Source of the DNA: Lama guanicoe
Taxonomy: Eukaryota
Length of the DNA: 64,000 nucleotides
Assembly (NCBI GenBank): GCA_013239625.1
Contig: MU054391.1
Coordinates: forward strand, 2,571,130-2,635,129
Direction: 5' to 3'
This document shows positions 12,106 through 22,606 of the stretch, piece by piece. The notes under the pieces are model-generated. The model did no database searches. It was not told the DNA's origin and saw only the letters and a program-made list of their open reading frames with translations. Within the stretch, counting starts at the first letter, position 1. The number at the start of each line of letters is the position of its first letter. The position numbers were made by a program, and so were the translations under genes.

Positions 12106-12683
12106 AGTCTTTCTGCTTTATTACCTGGGGGTGAAGAGGGTGGAGGCCTTTAATAACAGAGCAGTGGTATAACTTCCTGTTTATCAGGGACACTTTATTT
12201 ACACGATGATCTGGAGAAGGATGCAAGGTGACTTATGCCATAGATAAGTAGAAACACAGATTTTCTACCTGATGGAAGTCAGAAAGCTGGTCAGTTGCAG
12301 AGGTGCCACATGCCCCTGGGTCTTCCTCTGAAGGCTTGGTTTTCCACACCATCAGCACTAGAAGTTCTCAGGGCCATGAGAAGCACGTGGCAGGTACTCA
12401 CCCTTGCACAGAACTTCCCCTTTAAAACAGGGGGTTCCCATGCGTTACCCACAGACCAATCCTTGAAACGGACATGACTGCTATGAATTCTGTTAGTTTC
12501 CTACCTAATGGCCGTGACCCTCCACTCTCATCACTTTCTTCTAGTTTCCGAAGCTGTGTGCTTCCTGAGAGGCTAAGGTAACGGCAGCCCCAGGGGCGAA
12601 TCTTGGTTCGTTTAAGCCTACGGTGGTAATTGCATTCCCTGGCCCGCGGCGGCTTAAGAACTGAGCGTAAGAGGCGATTCTGA

Positions 12684-13020
12684 TGTCTCAGCGCAGTCTG
12701 TTCAGGCTGCTCCAGCAAAGTGCTGAAGACGAGGTGGCTTATAAACAACGGAAATGCACGTCTCACCGCTCTGGCGGCTGGAGGTCCGAGACCCAGGCCC
12801 ACGCGGCTGCGCGAGAGCGCTCTCCTGCGCGCAGGCCTGGGGAGTCCGCGCACGGCGGCAGGCGGGAGGGCGCCGGCGCGGTCTCTTTATAGGAGCACTT
12901 ATCCCAATACAGAGCCATCCACCCTCATGACCTCATCACCTCCGGGAGCCCCACCCCCGATACCTTCATATTGGGCTGCGGGGGAGGGGAGGGCGGGCAC
13001 AAATATTCAGACCACCGTAT
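12684..13020 (-). mobile_element. MLT1A-type LTR, heavily GC/CpG-shifted
   Basis: gtctgttcaggctgct...ggtggcttataaacaacggaaat...ctcaccgctctggcggctggaggtccgaga...ccaccctcatgacctcatcacctcc...cacaaatattcagacca. Confidence 0.82.
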
Positions 13021-13189
13021 CTGGTCAACAGCGCATTAGAGGAAACCACTGGCAATTAAAGCGGAGGTGCCGATTCCTAGACGTTTGCTGCCACTGCAGA
13101 AAGCACGCAAGGGGCCGTCCTGCCTTCCTGTCTTCAGCTATTGCTGTGTGAGGGTTAGTGTCCAGGGGGCGCTGCAGCCATCCTGGAGC

Positions 13190-13400
13190 AGCGAGAGGAC
13201 AAAGCTGAGGATGCAAACCAGAGCATCGAGGACGGCAGAGTCAAAAGACAAAAGAAACTGAACATGTCATTGAGCCACTGAGTGAACCAAGTCCAGACTC
13301 AGACTCTACTGGAAAGTCTAGGTGTGTAAGATCGTATTTCCTGCAGCAAAATTCCTGTCTTTTTCAGTCACTTCTAGTTTCTGCCTTGGTCAAAGCTTCC
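13190..13400 (+). mobile_element. Old MLT1 (J/K-like) LTR fragment
   Basis: gaggacggcagagtcaaaagacaaaagaaactg...tcattgagccactgagtgaacc. Confidence 0.55.
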
Positions 13401-13711
13401 ATGTCCATCACATACACTACATACACTGTTCAGCATTAATAATTAACTGAAAACGTTAATTGAGCACCAACTGGGTGTCAGATGTTGCACTGATGCCAGA
13501 AGCATGAACATGCAGACTCCGTATCCTCAGGGAACGCCCGTGGGGCTGGGCGTGTGTTTTACTGTGTGAGAGCTCTGTGCCAGGGAGCAGTGTGGGGCCT
13601 TCTCACTGGTCTCCACGTCGCCGACCGTTACCAGCGCCGTCAGCCCCCTACCCTGGTGCCTGAATTATCCTTCATTGAGTTAGTTCCATCATGTCATCCA
13701 CCTGATTTAAA

Positions 13712-13896
13712 ACCCGGCCCCTGAAACTTGACCAGCACGAGAGGCCCACGGAGGGCTTGTTGAAACGCACATTAGTGGACCCTCCCTCCCAGTCTCGGAT
13801 TCAGTGGGTCTGAGGTGGAGCCCGAGAATGCCCATTTCTAACCTGCTTCCAGGGGATGCCAGCGCTGCTGGTCCAGCAACCACACTGCAGTGACTG
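13712..13896 (+). mobile_element. MER5A (hAT-Charlie) MITE
   Basis: ggagggcttgttgaaacgcaca...ggattcagtgggtctgaggtggagcccgagaatgcccatttctaacctgcttccaggggatgccagcgctgctggtccagcaaccacact. Confidence 0.85.
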
Positions 13897-14307
13897 CAAG
13901 CCAACACGGTCAAGTCCATATCACTTGGCAAAGCACCCTTGTCCCTGGATCGTGGCTCAAGCTTCTATGCATTTTCACGTATTTATCCCTCTGGCTAGAA
14001 CGGGTGTTCCCACCTTACACAAAACCCGATTTTCCCCAGTCTTCCGTGAAGTCCTAGATAAAACGTGCTCTGCGGTCTGTAGCTTTCCCACGCCCCTTTA
14101 ATGATATACACACGTTCGTGGTTGATGAATAGACCCTTCCCCGTGCTTCCTTGTTATTTCTTTACGTAGTTTCCAGATCCCATCGTTCTGAGATTTTGCT
14201 GTTTGGCTTCATCACTTGTGAGTTCCAGGTAACAAAAAATCCAGCGTATTTATTGCATTAAAACACGGGCGTTTATATAGGAAATGGATTGTGTGCAGTC
14301 TGTTTTT

Positions 14308-14418
14308 TTTACATTTTTTATTGATTCATAATCATTTTACAGTGTTGTGTCAAATTCCAGTGTTCAGCACAATTTTTCAGTCATTCATGGACATATACAC
14401 ACTCATTGTCACATTTTT
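14308..14418 (-). mobile_element. Young ~110-bp 5'-truncated camelid-type L1 tail with 16-bp TSD
   Basis: acattttttattgattcataatcattttacagtgttgtgtcaaattccagtgttcagcacaat...; TSD tgtgcagtctgttttt (14292-14307) and tgtgcagtctattttt (14419-14434). Confidence 0.85.
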
Positions 14419-15015
14419 TGTGCAGTCTATTTTTGAACCTCCATCTCCAGACACGATATATGACACATAGTCTGGCCTGAAGTTTGTGAAGTGAATGTCA
14501 AACAGTGTAAGTGACAGACAAGAGTGCTTTCATTTCAAATTCTGTTTTGCGATATAAGTGAAGTGTTGAAACGCAGTTTAGAGAGATACGTTTAATATTA
14601 CAGTGGGCCACCAAATTGTTGACTCGAGGGGAAATCAGATCATTTGTCAAGAATAAAAGGCACTAGTCTCTCTAAGCAGTATCAAAATCATTGCATTTAA
14701 TGTAAAAATCTGTCTTTTACTTAAGTCATAATATTTTCTCTGGCAAAGATTTTGATTGTAAAGTTCACCTGAAAGAACTGCAAATTACTTATTTTTCTTT
14801 ATTATTCTAGTACTATTCAATAAGAATATTGAATTTGTTTGAACAAGATATCATTTTTATCGACAATTCTTTTTTTTTCCAGGAAATTAACAATCTCCAA
14901 AAGTCAATGAGTTCAATGAATTTTATTAACACAATTTGTGCTTGATTGACAAGTAAATGCACGTTTGTCTATACAGTTATAATTTAAACAAATCAAATAT
15001 GTTATAATTGAATTA

Positions 15016-15218
15016 TAGTTGACCCTTGGACAACACAGGTTTGAACTGTGCAGGTTCACGTACACATGGATTTTTTTCAATAATACAGATCTGGGATTGG
15101 TTGAATTTCCAGGATGCAGAACTGAGGATATGGAAGGCCAACTGTGAGGTCATACAGGGATTTTCAACGGCACAAAAAATTAGCACTTGTAACCCCCCTG
15201 TTGTTCAAGGATTCACTC
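15016..15218 (+). mobile_element. Tigger2a/MER8-type MITE
   Basis: TIRs tagttgacccttggacaac and gttgttcaaggattcactc, preceded by TA. Confidence 0.85.
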
Positions 15219-15499
15219 TTTCAGAGAGTAATTTATACAGTAAAAAATAAACAGATACAATTAGCTTATATGATTAATATGAAGGGTAACTGTTGCAACG
15301 GTCTCAAAATAACAACATTGACTTTAAAGGAGTGTTTTGCAAAGTGTGTCCTGCAAGCCATTTCTCTCAGGTTTGCAGTGAGATAAGGAACCTTCACCAG
15401 AAAGCAAGTGAACTGTATCACCGAGGTCAGCGTTCACTCCTGGGAACAATATTTTTATAGAAGGATTTTATGAACCACCCAGTGTATTGATTTCCATTT

Positions 15500-15745
15500 C
15501 GTTGGCAAAGGAACTATTTGGAAACCAAAATTTTAAAAAGAATTCCATGTATGGTGTCTTTAAATAATGAAATACTTAGGCATAAATTTAACAAAACATA
15601 TGCAGGATACATAAGGCAGAAAACTAATGAAAAGGATCAAAGAAGACAATGGTGGAGAGACATTCTGTGTTCGTCTATGGAAAGAGGGAAAAAAATTGTC
15701 AATTTTCCTGAAGGCTATCTATAGGTTTAATGTAACCTTTAGAAG
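15500..15745 (+). mobile_element. Old L1 ORF2 fragment
   Basis: aaatacttaggcataaatttaacaaaacatatgcagga...aatggtggagagacattctgtgttc...ctatctataggtttaatgtaacc. Confidence 0.7.
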
Positions 15746-17171
15746 AACAAAGGACTTACAGTTTTTAAAAATAAGAATTCAAATTGGATTCGGATTTGTT
15801 TCTGGTGAAATCACTGGATTATACAAAGTTTGAAATCACGTTTTCAGTGTCCTGTATTATTTTTATATATGCTTGTACAGTCCAAGTGTAGAAAGCCTTT
15901 GCTTCACATGATACAAATGCATTTCAGAAGAATGAGATGTGTCCTAGGAAACCCAGTAGTTGGTGAGTGAAGTTACTGCGGTGTCCGTGAGCTGCTTTGT
16001 ACTAAAAGTGAAGAACCCTGTTCCCTGTTTTATTCAGTGGGGTGCTTCAGAGAAGGACCTGGCGAACGTCTCCCCCAGGGAAGCCCGACGCTTGTCGCTT
16101 CCTCAGTGCAGTGTCGGACCTCGGGGAGGTGCTCACCAGGTCCGGCTTTATTTTTCTACCAACCTTTTACTATGCCCAGCACTCAGCGCTAGGCTTGGCA
16201 CATAATAGGTTCCTAATCAATATCTTCTTCAAATAACAAGTTGGAACATTTTCTAATTTTACAAATTCTGCCTGTCTTCCAGCTCCCTGTTATTGCAGAA
16301 GGACAGGCTCCCAGAAGTGGCCGCCACGCGCGGCTCTGTCCCCAGGTGGATCCCCCTTGCCGCCTGCCTTTGCATGAGGCTCTCAGCGCGGGCGCCTCAC
16401 CCAGGCTCCTGCAGACTGCGGTCCCCGCCCTGGGACTCAGCGCACAGATGGTTTCCTGCCCCTTCTAATGACAAAGGAAAACGTGCCTTTATGCGGAGTG
16501 ACTCACGTGCGTGTTCTAAACCGATTCTGGAAACAACCCTATTGCAAGTCATGAGCGGTTTCCTCACTAGTTTTGTGGACGGTGGCGCTGAGACTGCCAG
16601 CGTTTAAACAATCCGGTAAAGAGTCTAGGAAGCAGGCTCTTCCCTGGAGTGTAGCCCGTGTGTGCCGGGAGGGGCGCGCGAGCTCTGCCCCGCTTACTCG
16701 TTCAGCGTCTCGTTGTCCAGCGCCTGTTAGAGGACAGACGTGATGCCTGGTCCAGGGTCCCTGACGCCCCGTCCTCACGGGCTGGCGGGACGGGGAAACG
16801 GTAAATATCAAACGGCACGATTGCGTTAAAACCGTGAAATGTGCGGGAAAGAGAAGCTCAGGTGCGTGGCTCCCCCCGAGCAGGGGCAGCAGGGCTCTGC
16901 GGCAGCAAGTTTTACCCTGAGGAAAAAGGAGGGGAAGGGACGGGTAGGAATTAGGGGCAAAGGAGGGACATCGTCCTCTGGCAGAGGAATCCCGAGGACC
17001 TGGGCGGTGACCCAGGGGTTGTCGGGCAGGAGGCAGACGGAGCCCGGCCTGCGATGCATCTTGCAGGCAGGCGTGGGGCAGGCCAGGGCCCCGCGAGGTC
17101 TTGTGGTGGGTTTGGCATTTTCTCTTTAGGGCCGTAGGATGCACGGAAGCACTTTTTATAGAGACCGGCAT

Positions 17172-17399
17172 GGAGGCCATGAAAAAGCTGATCCGATCTC
17201 ACAGACGTGTTGAACAGTCTTATGGTTACCGGGGCAAACGGGGTGGGAAGGGATGAATTTGGGAGCTTGAGATTTGCAAAGGATGAAATGACAACCTCTC
17301 TATATAAAAACAGGTAAAAGACAGATTTCCTCTGTGCAGCACAGGGAACTGTATTCAATACCTTATACTAACTCTTAATGAAGAAGAATATGAAAATGA

Positions 17400-17444
<45 letters not shown>

Positions 17445-17515
17445 TATATGCATGGCTGGGACACTGCTGTGCACCAGAAATGGACACATTGCAACTGACT
17501 GTACTTCAGTAAAAT
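17172..17515 (+). mobile_element. Camelid-type L1 3'UTR with internal (TA)n
   Basis: ctcacagac...ttatggttaccgggg...gggtgggaagggatgaatttggga...gcacagggaactgtattcaata...gctgtgcaccagaaatggacacattgcaactgactgtacttca. Confidence 0.9.
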
Positions 17516-17765
17516 GAACAAGCTCCCTCCAAAACACAAAACTAAATATGAAATTCCCTGATTTGAAGAAAGCACAATAGTCCAATATATTACAATTATA
17601 CTTTTTATTCTGGATCCTAGATTGTTCAAAGGGATGAAATAAAACAACTCATTCATGCTAAATATTGATCCAGTGAAATAGAATCTAGACCTGCCCCCAC
17701 ATGGCTCCCAGAACCCCGTCATTCAAGAGGCAGATGATGCTGAACTGTACAGAGGTGAGAGTCAC

Positions 17766-17816
17766 CTCCTTTTGTTTCCTTTGCTCTTCCAGATTTTTCT
17801 GCTGAAGTTCCTGATC
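17766..17816 (-). CDS. TNIP3: Candidate 51-nt coding exon DQELQQKNLEEQRKQKE (coiled-coil-like); same gene as 320-433
   Basis: Minus strand reads cttcttatcacatcag|GATCAG...AAGGAG|gtgact. Purine-rich, symmetric and non-repeat. Gene name tentative. Confidence 0.45.
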
Positions 17817-18030
17817 CTGATGTGATAAGAAGAGCTCACAGACTGGACAAACAATGAAAGCAGCTTTAAGAAGAAGAGCCAGCATCCTGTAGCTGTGAGG
17901 TCAGCCAGGTAACGTGAACGCCCATTAAAGGACAGTGTGTGCTCGTATCAGTCCTGTGGGTAAAGTATCACTGCCTTTTCTATTTTATAGGAGGAAGAAA
18001 ATGGCTAACCAACTTTCTGGAGTGTAGACT

Positions 18031-18437
18031 TGTATACTCAGGGTTCCCAGAGAAATAGAACCCCAGAGGCCTCAATGGATAGAGATTAGATAGAGAGATG
18101 AATGTGATAAATAAATATGGGAGACAGATTTGTTTTAAGAAGTTGGCTCACAAGACTGTGGGTGCTGGCAAATCCAGAATCTGCAGAGCAGACCAGCAGG
18201 CTGGAAACCCAGAGGCAAATCCTCTTCCTCAGGGGATCTGGTCCTTTGTCCTTCAGGCCCACAACTGATTGGATGAGGCCCACCCACGTTCTAGAGGGAA
18301 ACCTGTTTCCCTCGGTCTGCTGACTACTCAGCGTTAATCACAGCTACAAAATGTTCACATCAACAGCTCGATTGGCGTTTGACCTGACAACTGACACCAC
18401 AGTCTAGTTACAGCGACACATAAGATGAGACATCACA
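18031..18437 (-). mobile_element. MLT2 (D-like) ERVL LTR
   Basis: agggttcccagagaaatagaacc...ttggctcacaagactgtgggtgctggcaaatccagaatctgcag...aactgattggatgaggcccacccac...gacacataagatgagacatcaca. Confidence 0.88.
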
Positions 18438-18874
18438 ACCACCAAGAAGTGTTGGCTTCAGAGCACAAGTCGGACTTCTGCAGAGGCTCTGAGCCAGAGC
18501 ATGCAGTGCGGGGACAGCTTGATGAAGAGAGAAATCCCAAGTGTGCAGTGTTTGGCCACCTTACGGGATGACGACTAAGACTGGGTGACACGGGAAGGGA
18601 CTTAAGAAAAATGCGAAATGAGAAATCTGGGTACAGGTTATAAAAACAGCAAAACATAGTGTGAATTATATAACAATTGATCAATTGTAAAAATTCTAGA
18701 GGAAACTTCAGGTTAGGTTGAAAATGTTGAGATGGCAGATTTCGTTTTTATTTTCCAAATCTTATGTACAAGCAGGTATGACTCTCATTATCAAACTACA
18801 CCCATGCAGTGTGCACACACAGCCACACACAAATACACGTTCACATGCGAAGCCCGCTTGTCATTATGGTTTGG

Positions 18875-19265
18875 ATTTTAATCTTTTATGTTGACAGAAT
18901 TTCACACCCACTGAAGTTGCAAGAACAGAACAAGGGGCCCTTAAACAGCCTTCACGCATACACACATATACACATACACATCCCCGCCCATGCACAAGTA
19001 TCTCACGTGTGCAAATGTCTATGCACGTAAGCTACTTTTCTGAACCGTTTGAGAATAATTTTACCCCATTGCAGCCCCTAGTCCTGCAGTGTGCATTTCC
19101 TAACAAGGACATCCTCATTCAGAACCAAAAAAATAGTTATCATCAGACTCAGGCATTGAATAGCAAATCAAATGAACATTACCTAATCCTCAGTCTGTTT
19201 TAAAGTTTTCTCGATGGTTCCCACTGATGTCCTTTTTGTATCTTTTCCCTGGTCCAGGATCCAGT
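18875..19265 (-). mobile_element. L1MC4/5-type 3' end
   Basis: aagttgcaagaacagaacaa...ttttctgaaccgtttgagaataa...gtgtgcatttcctaacaaggacatcctc...ggtccaggatcca. Confidence 0.7.
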
Positions 19266-19396
19266 GGTCGGTCCTCTTTGTTCCTTCTTTCATCCGGAGC
19301 AGCAACTCATGGAGGCAGATTTTAAGTAAACATAGCAGCGTTTGTGGGTTAGCTCTTCCTCTTCCAAGTAATTACCTGAAGAAATTACACGCTTAC

Positions 19397-19533
19397 CCGC
19401 AAGGTGCTGCCTTTCATTCGAAAGTTTCTGGAGTCTTTCGCTGAGACTCTCTGCTGCTGTCGTCTCATTGGCCACACAACACGACCCAGGACCGTAAAGT
19501 TCAAGGCTGCTTTCTTCAGCTGTAATCGCAAAC
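19397..19533 (-). CDS. TNIP3: Candidate first or upstream coding exon of the same minus-strand gene; reading frame ambiguous
   Basis: Strong donor CGG|gtaagc at 19397/19396. ATG at 19468 gives MRRQQQRVSAKDSRNFRMKGSTLR in phase 0. An alternative open frame reads FAITAEESSLELYGPGSCCVANETTAAESLSERLQKLSNERQHLA. The 5' boundary is uncertain. Confidence 0.4.
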
Positions 19534-21842
19534 CTGTCTGGCAGTCTTTGCTCAATGCCTTTCGCAGCTTCCAGAAATCACACCCATCCCTAACAGCAAA
19601 AATAATTTTAAGATGTGATCTCCTTCAGAAACAGAAATCATTCATTCTGATTGGAGTTCCGGCAGAGGAGAAAATCATTCCCCCAGAGCAGAACATCATA
19701 GCAGGAACCGATTCCCGAAGGGACGACTTGCAGCTCTGCGCCGTGGTCACTGCCACGAAGCCGTTATGAGTAACTGACACGTCTCTACGGAACACCTTGG
19801 GAGGGGTGTATCGATGAAGCCATGAAACTTCCGGATGCAAAGAAAAACCCAAGAAAACAGTTCTTGTAAGTCCAAATCATCTTCGAAGTGATGACTTTAA
19901 TTCTGCTAATATTTCCCAATAATTTATAAATTATTCTTTCTCTTTTTTTAATGTTTATAGATTATTTTCCCACCTTTGTCCTTCTTTGGATTTATCTTTC
20001 TCTTCATTGTTGATTAATTTCTCTTTCATGAAGTGTATGACACTTTGTCAATTAAAATATCTTGAAATACCGTATCACATAAATAAATTATTAAGTGAAT
20101 TACAGTGAAAGAGATACATTTTTTGGCATCTTGCTCAATGAACACATGCAAAATTAATTTAATTTCCGTGTCTGTGAAGCGTATTCTTGGTCTGTTGCGG
20201 GCAGCGCTCTGAGGAGAATCCTCTGGAATACTCCATCTAGAAGCTGTCACCTTACAGCCCATTTTGCTAAATATCAAGGCATATCTTCAGCCTGTTATAC
20301 AAATAAGTTATACGATGTTGGAGCAACTTCATTCTGCAGTTTTACCCAGAAATACCTACTCTTATATTCTTTATGCTCTCTGTAGGTTAGAAATCTACTA
20401 ATTTTCCAGACACAGGAAAAATAATTTAAACCACATGTTCGACAAATGTTTTCCGGACTCATAATCCTTGACTTGAGACTGAGTTTTGTTGTTACTGAAA
20501 ACTGTCCAGGGGCCATGACAGGTGATGCCAAAATATTTGAGAAATATGACGGGCGCACAGCGAATCTAAGAGTCCAGGAGGATGGAGAAACACAAGTGCA
20601 GGGCGTGGCAGGGCTGCAGATGGTTCTCCGCCCGGCAGGTTCGTGGTTCTGGAAGTCACTGCAAAGCAGCGACAGGCTTTGGCATGTTCCGACCAAGCTC
20701 ACGTCTCTGCCTGGCTCTGGCCGTGCATGACCAGCTGTTTCTTCCAGCGATTAGTCCTCCTTCCTTTCTAGATTCAGGAAGTCCTGCTTTTCTGGACTTC
20801 CTTCTTGGTCATATGTATGCATCATTCTGATCAGAGTCCAGCCAGCAGAGAGCATCGCTCACACTGTCCCGGAAGGAAGAGGCGGGCCCCCGGCTCCCCT
20901 CCAGCCTCCTCCCATTCTCCTCTGCTGTTGTGGATTTTATCTGGCACTTCAGGTGCTTCTTTCAGGTTTGTGATTATACATTTCAAGCAAGAACAATTAA
21001 AATGGCTGTGAGAGTTTTCTCCAGCCATGTTCAGCTGCTTGGTGTAAGAAGATAGTTAAGCAGGGTCTGCTTTGGCAAGAAAATACGACAGTCAAAGGAA
21101 TGTGTAATGAAGTTAAAGACGCTTTTAAAGAAGTGGCTTATGTCCAAACCACGACGTCTCAGAGAGGCCAGAAAGAAAGTGCAGAGACAAGGATGAGAGG
21201 AAGAGGGATGGGCACACCGGGGGCCTGGAGTAGTTAGAGGGTTAGCCCTAACGGAGAAGTAAGAGATGAGGGTAGCAATGCAGACTTCACACAATGAGCA
21301 GTTCAGAAATGGCCCAGGGGCTGGTGACTGCAAGGCTGCTGTCTGACCTGAGACCATGTTGCTGATGTGGACCCAGGAAGGACCACAGAGCAGGGAAGAC
21401 GGAGACACACGGAAGCCTAGTGTTGTGGGATACTCACCCTGCGATGCTGAAGTCACCGCGTGGGTATGATTTAGTCTGCGCCCCACACGGCTGTAGTTTG
21501 AGCACCACACGAAGGTGCCAGCCTGGCCCCCACCGTGACTGCAAAAGGCGGTGCTTTCTGCCCGGAGAGGGGGGCCCAACTTTCCCCACCATCTGAGCAT
21601 AGATGTGCCTTTTCTAATTTGCACAAAGGTGATTTATAATGTCTGTTTCCTTAATCTCGTTTAAATTTTATATATTTGACTCTTGCACAAGTTTTCCAGA
21701 GGACATTACACATGAAATTAGGAGGCTGCCTAAATGAAACCAACGCCTTCCCCTCTCAGAGAGCTGTGTACTGTCTTACCTTAGACAACAAAATGTGTAT
21801 TCGCAATTGGATTTAGCCTCTCAGATTTAAATACACCTTATT

Positions 21843-22144
21843 TTTTTCATTATTTTTATAGACTCTATTTTTAGAGCAATTTTAGGTTCACAGCACACGC
21901 AACCAGGGTGTTCCCACACACACCTTTGTCCACGATCGCCGTCCTGCACGAGTGCTTGCTGCTTTTGTTGTAAACGATGTGCTGATGTTGACAAGTTATT
22001 ATTCACTGAAGTTCATTGCTTATGTTAGGGCTCATCCTTGGTGTTGGGTTTGGTCAAATGTACAGTGACATGTGCCCACCGTCATTGTCTCATGCAGAGA
22101 AATTTTACTCCCCTAAAGACCCTCCGTGTCCCACCTATACATCC
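21843..22144 (-). mobile_element. L1MC1/2-type 3' end
   Basis: atagactctatttttagagcaattttaggttcacagca...ttagggctcatccttggtgttg...cagtgacatgtgcccacc. Confidence 0.8.
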
Positions 22145-22254
22145 TAGTTGTATATTGATACAAAATCAGGAAGACAGCAAATGTTTATAGAAAGAATCAA
22201 GAAAACGTCTTATGTCTCCAGGGTAAAGTCCTTCCACCACATTACCGCGTTCCT

Positions 22255-22606
22255 ATTATGGGGCAGGACGCGTGCCCCCCAGACCCGCTTCCAAGAGGGG
22301 CCGACTGGCTCCCAGCTCCTTCAGGGTTTTCCTCAGCTGCGAGAGCTGCCCCGTCCAAGACCCTGGGTCAGAGGACCACCCGCATCCAGGGACTGGCTGC
22401 AGAGCGGTATAGACGCCCAGATCACTGAGAGGCCACTGTGACAAGGGGTGTCTGCTACAGAGCCCCTGTAGGGACGGACGAGCCGCATCTTGTTTCTCTC
22501 TCTGCCCCATCCTGCTCCCCCACCCCCACCCCAGATGTTTACCTCCAAGGAACATCCCCACCGCCAAGCTCCACCTCCATACCCGCTTGAGGGAACCCAG
22601 CCGGTG
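22255..22606 (+). mobile_element. LTR16-type ERVL LTR
   Basis: ccttcagggttttcctcagctgcgagagctgcccc...gcatccagggactgg...ctctgccccatcctgctccc...ccgcttgagggaacccagc. Confidence 0.7.

Noticed and set aside
16539..17180. 213-aa minus-strand ORF, the longest in the track
   Set aside because: GC-rich, stop-poor sequence with overlapping ORFs on both strands and no recognisable domain
21031..21624. 197-aa minus-strand ORF
   Set aside because: Non-ATG start, no recognisable domain or exon boundaries
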